From: an uncultured Brevundimonas sp.
Lineage (GTDB): Bacteria > Pseudomonadota > Alphaproteobacteria > Caulobacterales > Caulobacteraceae
Reading direction: 5' to 3'
Assembly: GCF_963977465.1 (NCBI RefSeq)
Contig: NZ_CAXBOQ010000003.1
Coordinates: 255,721-319,720 of the forward strand
DNA: 64,000 nt
Each line of letters begins with the position of its first letter. Position 1 is the first letter of the stretch. The notes under the pieces were generated by a model. That model ran no database searches. It worked only from the letters and a program-made list of their open reading frames with translations, and was not told the origin of the DNA. This document shows positions 58,656-64,000 of this stretch, piece by piece. A program made the position numbers and the translations under genes.

Positions 58656-59956
58656 CAGCTGGCTCCGAACACCCGCGCGAACACCGTGTCCACGTGTTTG
58701 GTGTGATAGCCGATGTCGAACAGGGCCTCGAGCTGGGCCTCCGGCAGGGTCACCCGCGCGTCGGCCTTGAGGAAGTCGAGGAACCGGCCCTCGCCACGCC
58801 ACACCTTCATAGCGTTCTCCTGCACCGCGGCATAGGCATCCTCGCGCGATACGCCCGCCTGGGTCAGAGCCAGCATGACCCGTTGCGAATGTACCAGGCC
58901 GCCCAGCAGGTTGAGGTTCTTCTCCATATTGGCCGGATAGACGTTCAGCCGCTCGACCACGCCGGCCAGACGATGCAGGGCAAAGTCCAGATGGATGGTG
59001 GCGTCGGGCCCGATGCCGCGCTCCACCGACGAATGGCTGATATCCCGCTCGTGCCAAAGGGCGACGTTTTCCATCGCAGGCACCACGGCCGAGCGCACCA
59101 GCCGGGCCAGGCCGGTCAGGTTCTCGGTCAGGATCGGGTTGCGCTTGTGCGGCATGGCCGACGAGCCCTTCTGGCCCTTGTCGAAAAATTCCTCGGCCTC
59201 CAGCACCTCGGTGCGCTGCAGGTGACGGATCTCGACGGCCAGCCGTTCGACCGAACTGGCCACCACGCCCAGCGCCGCGAAGAAGGCGGCGTGGCGGTCG
59301 CGCGGGATCACCTGGGTCGAGACCGGCTCGACGGCAAGGCCCATCTTCTCGGCGACATAGACCTCAACCGCCGGATCGACATTGGCGAAGGTGCCCACGG
59401 CGCCGGAGATGGCGCAGGTGGCGATCTCTTCTTTCGCCGTCAGCAGGCGGCGTCTGGCCCGCTGGAACTCGGCGTGATAGCCGGCCAGCTTCAGCCCGAA
59501 GGTCACCGGCTCGGCGTGGATGCCGTGGCTGCGACCGACGCAGGCGGTCAGCTTGTGTTCGCGGGCGCGCTTCTCCAGCGCCGCCAGCACCCGGTCGATG
59601 CCCTCGACCAGCAGGTCCGAGGCCCGCGCCAGCTGCACCGAGAAACAGGTGTCCAGCACGTCGGATGAGGTCATGCCCTGGTGCAGGAAACGCGCCTCCT
59701 CGCCGACGATCTCCGACACATGGGTCAGGAAGGCGATGACGTCATGTTTGGTGGTGCGTTCGATCTCGTCGATGCGGTCGGCGTCGAACACGACGTCCTT
59801 GCCCTTGGCCCAGATGGCCTCGGCGGCGCTGGTCGGGATGGTGCCCAGCTCGGCCATCCGCGTAGCGGCATGGGCCTCGATCTCGAACCAGATCCGGTAT
59901 TTGGTCTCTTGCGACCAGATGGCGACGGCTTCGGGGCGGGAATAACGAATGATCAT
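58655..59956 (-). CDS. purB: Adenylosuccinate lyase
   Basis: HDVIAF, GMTSSDVLD, GRSHGIHAEP, GSSAMPHKRNP, WHERDISHSSVER; start moved to ATG 59956. Confidence 0.98.
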   Translation of the reverse strand: MIIRYSRPEAVAIWSQETKYRIWFEIEAHAATRMAELGTIPTSAAEAIWAKGKDVVFDADRIDEIERTTKHDVIAFLTHVSEIVGEEARFLHQGMTSSDVLDTCFSVQLARASDLLVEGIDRVLAALEKRAREHKLTACVGRSHGIHAEPVTFGLKLAGYHAEFQRARRRLLTAKEEIATCAISGAVGTFANVDPAVEVYVAEKMGLAVEPVSTQVIPRDRHAAFFAALGVVASSVERLAVEIRHLQRTEVLEAEEFFDKGQKGSSAMPHKRNPILTENLTGLARLVRSAVVPAMENVALWHERDISHSSVERGIGPDATIHLDFALHRLAGVVERLNVYPANMEKNLNLLGGLVHSQRVMLALTQAGVSREDAYAAVQENAMKVWRGEGRFLDFLKADARVTLPEAQLEALFDIGYHTKHVDTVFARVFGAS

Positions 59957-60070
59957 GGGCGCGGGGTGTCGGTCCAAGACCCCCGTGAGTCAAGGCGTTG
60001 CCGGGTCACACGCTTGCATCGGAACCGGGCCCGGCTCAGGAAAGAGGCGTCCACGACAGGAGAGACCGGC

Positions 60071-60724
60071 TTGGAACTGATCATCGGCCCGCGGCTGTAT
60101 TCGACCTGGTCACTGCGCCCCTGGCTGGTGCTCGAGCGCTGCGGCGCAGACTTCACTGTGCGCGAGATCAACATCTATGCCTCCGAGGGTCAGGCCGAGC
60201 TGGCGCGCATCTCGCCATCGCGACTGGTGCCGCTGCTCAAGGTCGAGGGCGAGACCATCTGGGATTCCATGGCCATCTCGGTCTGGTGCGCCGAACGTTA
60301 TCCCGAGGCGAAGCTGTGGCCCGCTGACGCCCACGCCCGCTGGCTGGCCCGCTCGGCCGCCTGCGAGATGCATGGTGGCTTCATGGCCCTGCGGACCGAA
60401 TGCGGCATGGGACCGGACCATACGATGGTCGGGCCTGACCGCTCACCCGCCCCGACCGGCGAGGCCGTGGCCCGCGACCTGCGCCGCCTCGTCAATCTGT
60501 GGTCGGGAATGCGCAGCCGTTTCGGCGCGTCCGGTCCGTATCTGTTCGGAGACTGGTCGGTGCCGGACGCCTTCTTCACCCCGGTGGCGACCCGAATTCG
60601 GCACTATCAGATCGACCTGTCCGAGCATGGCGACACCGACGGCGTCGCCCGCGCCTATGTCGAGACCCTGCTCGCCCAACCCGACCTCGCGACCTGGACG
60701 GCCGAGGCGCTTAAGTCGGGTTAA
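60071..60724 (+). CDS. Glutathione S-transferase family protein
   Basis: LIIG..YSTWSLRPWL, SPSRLVPLL, IWDSMAI, SAACEMHGGF, FFTPVATR; TTG start. Confidence 0.88.
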   Translation: MELIIGPRLYSTWSLRPWLVLERCGADFTVREINIYASEGQAELARISPSRLVPLLKVEGETIWDSMAISVWCAERYPEAKLWPADAHARWLARSAACEMHGGFMALRTECGMGPDHTMVGPDRSPAPTGEAVARDLRRLVNLWSGMRSRFGASGPYLFGDWSVPDAFFTPVATRIRHYQIDLSEHGDTDGVARAYVETLLAQPDLATWTAEALKSG

Positions 60725-60803
60725 CCGCGCGTACGAACCCGGACTTAACCGAACGACGTTAGCTTTATGCCTGCGCTCGAAACCGCTTGCGCAGGAGTCG
60801 ACC

Positions 60804-60923
60804 ATGGCTGTCCCGCACGCCCAGCATCCGGCCATCGCCCAACGCCCGGGCCTGCGGGTCTATGGTCTGCTGATCCTGGTGGCCGGCTGCCTGCCCGCCC
60901 TGCTGATCGCCAGCCTCATCTGA
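60804..60923 (+). CDS. 39-aa single-TM small protein
   Basis: RBS GCAGGAG; hydrophobic C-terminal half; not called separately in the ORF track. Confidence 0.55.
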   Translation: MAVPHAQHPAIAQRPGLRVYGLLILVAGCLPALLIASLI

Positions 60924-60927
60924 TGGC

Positions 60928-62598
60928 CTAGCGCCCGCCGTCGACCGACGGTGCCTGGGCAATTTCCAGCGGAACCGGCGGCGGCGCGACATAGTCCAGA
61001 CTGATCGGCACCAGGGTCGCGCCCGAGGCGATGGCATCCAGGGTATTGAGCGGCGCGCCCAGCATCCGCTGATAGATCCAGTAGGCGGAGACCACCTTCT
61101 CCACATAGTCCCGCGCCTGCGGCACATCGATCGTCTCGATCAGCAACAGCGGATCGGCGTCCTGACCCAGTTTGCGGATCGCACCCAGCATCGGGCCCGG
61201 CCCGGCGTTGTATGAGGCCGCAGCGCGCAACAGGTCGCCCTGCAACGCCGACATCTGCAGCATCCGGTTGATATAGGCCTGACCCAGCTTCAGGTTCACC
61301 GCCGGCTGCAGCAACCGCTGTGGATCGCTGACGAAGCCGCGGTCGCCGGCCAGTTCGGCGGCGGTGGTCGGCATCACCTGCATCATGCCATAGGCCCCGG
61401 CGCTTGAGCGCGCCTGCGAGTTGAAGCCGGTCTCCTTGCGCGCGATCGCATAGACCAGCGCCCGCTCGATGGTGAACCCACCCTCCGGCTCCAGCACCGG
61501 CATCGGATAGCGCCGCGCGTCGATCCGCTCGGCCTCGTCGTTCGATCCGGTGACGCGCGGGCCCAGTGCCCGGGCCAGCCCGACCCAAAGGCGGCGGGCC
61601 GCATCGCCCACGGCACCGTGCAGGCCGCTGCGCAGTTCGTTCTGGGCGTCCGAACGGCGGCCGATCTCGAAATAGGCCACGGTACGGCGCGCCCGATCGT
61701 CTGAACGGATGAAATCGTCCAGCTCGTCGACCTCGACCCCGATCGGCTCGTCGTTGCGGCTCAGCGCGGGCTGCAACGTCGCCTCATAGGCACGGGGGCC
61801 CATGTTCTCGATCTCAGGCTCCTCGCCCAGCTGGCGCAGGGCGATCTGACCATAGAAGGTCGCGGGCCAACGGCTCGCCAGTCGCAGGAAATGCTGCACC
61901 CGGTCCTGCTGACCGGCCTGAGCGGCGGACTTGGCGCTCCAGACGGCGGCCCCGGCGCGCACCCAGGCGTCTTCGGTCGGATCATTGGCGACGCGTTCAA
62001 AGGCGCGCAGCGATCGGCCGAACTCGGCCTGGCGATAGGTCGCCAGCCCGACGACCCACCAGTCGCCGATCTGCTCGCCGAGGGTGATCGCGCCGGGCAG
62101 GTCGTTGGCGTTATAGGCGATCCGGGCCGCCTTCATCGGGTCGCCGGCGGCCGGGCCGCCGTCCGCGGTGGTGATGCTGTCCCAACTGCGTTCGCTGACG
62201 CCCGGCGGGCGTTTCGGCTCGGGTGCGCCGTCGGGGCGGCGTCGCAGGGCCAGGTCATAGGCGCGCGGCGCGTCCGGCAGGTCGCTGAATTCCTCGAGCC
62301 AAGCGTACAGATCGTCATAGGTGGCGACATAGTCGCGGTGGAAAAGCCGCTCGAACTCGACCTGTCCGACCAGCACATGGTCGTTCGCCTGACGCGCCGA
62401 GGCGCGGGCCAGCTCGAGATCACCCCGACGCAGGGCGTCAAAGGCGGTGGTGTAGCTGAGGCGGTCGGCCGAGCTCAGGGTGCTGGGGGTGTTGCGGGTG
62501 TTGCGGGGTTCATCGGGCTCCGCGTTCGCGCTCGCGGCGACAGCCGCAAGGGCCAGAACCAGCACGGGCGCAATGAGTGCACGGCAGAAACGATACAT
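60928..62598 (-). CDS. Soluble lytic transglycosylase (SLT domain)
   Basis: Signal peptide; YAIARKETGFN...SSAGAYGMMQVMP, ASYNAGPG, ARDYVEKV; start moved to ATG 62598. Confidence 0.9.
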   Translation of the reverse strand: MYRFCRALIAPVLVLALAAVAASANAEPDEPRNTRNTPSTLSSADRLSYTTAFDALRRGDLELARASARQANDHVLVGQVEFERLFHRDYVATYDDLYAWLEEFSDLPDAPRAYDLALRRRPDGAPEPKRPPGVSERSWDSITTADGGPAAGDPMKAARIAYNANDLPGAITLGEQIGDWWVVGLATYRQAEFGRSLRAFERVANDPTEDAWVRAGAAVWSAKSAAQAGQQDRVQHFLRLASRWPATFYGQIALRQLGEEPEIENMGPRAYEATLQPALSRNDEPIGVEVDELDDFIRSDDRARRTVAYFEIGRRSDAQNELRSGLHGAVGDAARRLWVGLARALGPRVTGSNDEAERIDARRYPMPVLEPEGGFTIERALVYAIARKETGFNSQARSSAGAYGMMQVMPTTAAELAGDRGFVSDPQRLLQPAVNLKLGQAYINRMLQMSALQGDLLRAAASYNAGPGPMLGAIRKLGQDADPLLLIETIDVPQARDYVEKVVSAYWIYQRMLGAPLNTLDAIASGATLVPISLDYVAPPPVPLEIAQAPSVDGGR

Positions 62599-62738
62599 GT
62601 CTGGCGGCCCCCCTGGCGGTCGTGGTGCGGTGCGTCTCGAAACGGACCCGTGACACACCCGTGTTCGGTGATCAGGCAACATCGGTGCCAGACCCTGCAT
62701 CCGGTTCCAACGTGTTCGCCTTTTGGGGCGATATTGAG

Positions 62739-63536
62739 TCAGTCAGTCGAGGAATGTCCGTCCAGCCGGGCCGTCAGGGCCAGCAGATCGGCCCAGACCT
62801 GCCGCTTGGCCTGGGGCTGCCGCAGCAGGAAGGCCGGGTGCAAGGTCGGCATGACCGGAACGGCAAAGCCGCCTTCGGGCAGGTGCCAATCCTTCCACTG
62901 GCCGCGCAGCCGCATGATGCCCTCGTCGAGGCCCAGCACCGAGCGCGCCGCTGCCGCCCCGACCAGCAGCACGACCTTTGGCCGCATCAGGTCGCAGACC
63001 CGGTCGACGAACGGGGCGCACACGGCCTGTTCCTGCGGCGTGGGGCTGCGGTTGCCGGGCGGTTTCCAGTAGACGGTGTTGGTGATGAAGACCCGGTCCG
63101 TCAGGCCGGCGGCCTCCAGCATCCGGTCCAGCAGTCGTCCCGCCTGGCCGACGAAGGGCGCGCCCCGGGCGTCCTCCTCGGTGCCCGGTCCCTCGCCGAT
63201 AATCAGCACCGGCGCGGCGGGGTCGCCACGGGCGAATACCGACTGGGTCGCGCCCTGGCCACTCAGCGGGCAGCCCTCGAAACCGGCGACGGCCTTGGCC
63301 AGATCTTCCATGGTTTCGGCGGCCGCCGCCAGCTGGCGGGCATCGGTCTTGGCCGCGTCAGTATCGGGCCGGGCCACGACCGCGGCCGTCGCCCGCGCCA
63401 CGGCCTTCAGGGCCGGTGGGGGCTGGACATGGGTGCGGTCGACCGGGGCATCCTCGAAACAGGCGTCGACCCCCGCATCGCGCCAGAAGGCGAGCAGGCT
63501 TTCGGTCGCAGCGGTGTCGGTGGGCGCGTGGGTCAT
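62739..63536 (-). CDS. Uracil-DNA glycosylase family 4
   Basis: IIGEGPG..ED..G.PFVGQAG.LLD, KPPGNRSP, TLHPAFLLR. Confidence 0.92.
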   Translation of the reverse strand: MTHAPTDTAATESLLAFWRDAGVDACFEDAPVDRTHVQPPPALKAVARATAAVVARPDTDAAKTDARQLAAAAETMEDLAKAVAGFEGCPLSGQGATQSVFARGDPAAPVLIIGEGPGTEEDARGAPFVGQAGRLLDRMLEAAGLTDRVFITNTVYWKPPGNRSPTPQEQAVCAPFVDRVCDLMRPKVVLLVGAAAARSVLGLDEGIMRLRGQWKDWHLPEGGFAVPVMPTLHPAFLLRQPQAKRQVWADLLALTARLDGHSSTD

Positions 63537-63622
63537 CAGTGCCGACAGGGATAAGCCTTGACCGCCCCCACGTCACGTTCCGATAAGACGGGGTTCACAC
63601 AAACCATCGGGAATGAAGCGGT

Positions 63623-64000
63623 ATGGCCGAGCAAGCGATCGAGGGCGGTGCCGTCAACACGGCGCAGGAAGCCATCATCGACAACCTGCCCCCGCTGGAG
63701 GCCCTGGCCGGCGTCGAGCGTGAGGTGATGGAGTATGACGTGGTCATCGTCGGCGGTGGCCCCGCCGGCCTGTCCGCCGCCATCCGCCTGAAGCAGCGGG
63801 CGGCAAAGGACGGCAAGGAGATCTCCGTCGCCGTTCTGGAAAAGAGCGCCGAGATCGGCGGCCACATCCTGTCCGGCGCGGTCATCGACCCCAGGGCCCT
63901 GAACGAGCTGTTCCCCGACTGGAAGGACCGCGGTGCGCCGCTGGAGACCCCGGTCACCAAAGACCGCTTCATGGTGCTGAGCCCCAAGGGCCAGATGAGC
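63623..64000 (+). CDS. ETF-ubiquinone oxidoreductase, N-terminal part (runs off window)
   Basis: [26 protein letters not shown]...[19 protein letters not shown]; absent from the ORF track because it has no stop. Confidence 0.92.
   Translation, partial: MAEQAIEGGAVNTAQEAIIDNLPPLEALAGVEREVMEYDVVIVGGGPAGLSAAIRLKQRAAKDGKEISVAVLEKSAEIGGHILSGAVIDPRALNELFPDWKDRGAPLETPVTKDRFMVLSPKGQMS

Overview
High-GC alphaproteobacterial chromosome segment. Gene content and order point to Caulobacteraceae, probably Brevundimonas (inference). Left: cysK end, mucR between two DUF2336 paralogues, an orphan NMT1/THI5-like binding protein, uup, ycgN and a hybrid histidine kinase. Then a complete RcGTA/Caulobacter-type gene transfer agent head-tail cluster (10948-27209), with no integrase, replication or lysis genes, interrupted by antisense cargo genes and palindromic repeats. 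Right: housekeeping genes (dnaJ-like, serC-like, purA, Cle-type receiver, rpoH, rluD, fba-pgk-gap, a two-component system, purT, tkt, zauP-zapA-6S RNA-ygfA-ymdB, purL/Q/S/C/B, cfa, ATPase zeta inhibitor, two UDG-superfamily glycosylases, a lytic transglycosylase, start of ETF-QO). Most interesting signals: (1) an unexplained ~405-nt minus-strand element (5422-5826) with paired ends, nested long-range helices and several UUCG/GNRA tetraloops, a candidate large ncRNA I cannot assign to a known class; (2) a DUF559 nuclease gene between matched palindromic arms (37441-37876), next to a decayed duplicate of the pgk 5' end, with gene-less relatives of the arms inside the GTA cluster, three of them in frame in GTA proteins. 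All structures were read by eye; no folding or database searches were run. Several start codons were moved from the ORF track by judgement.
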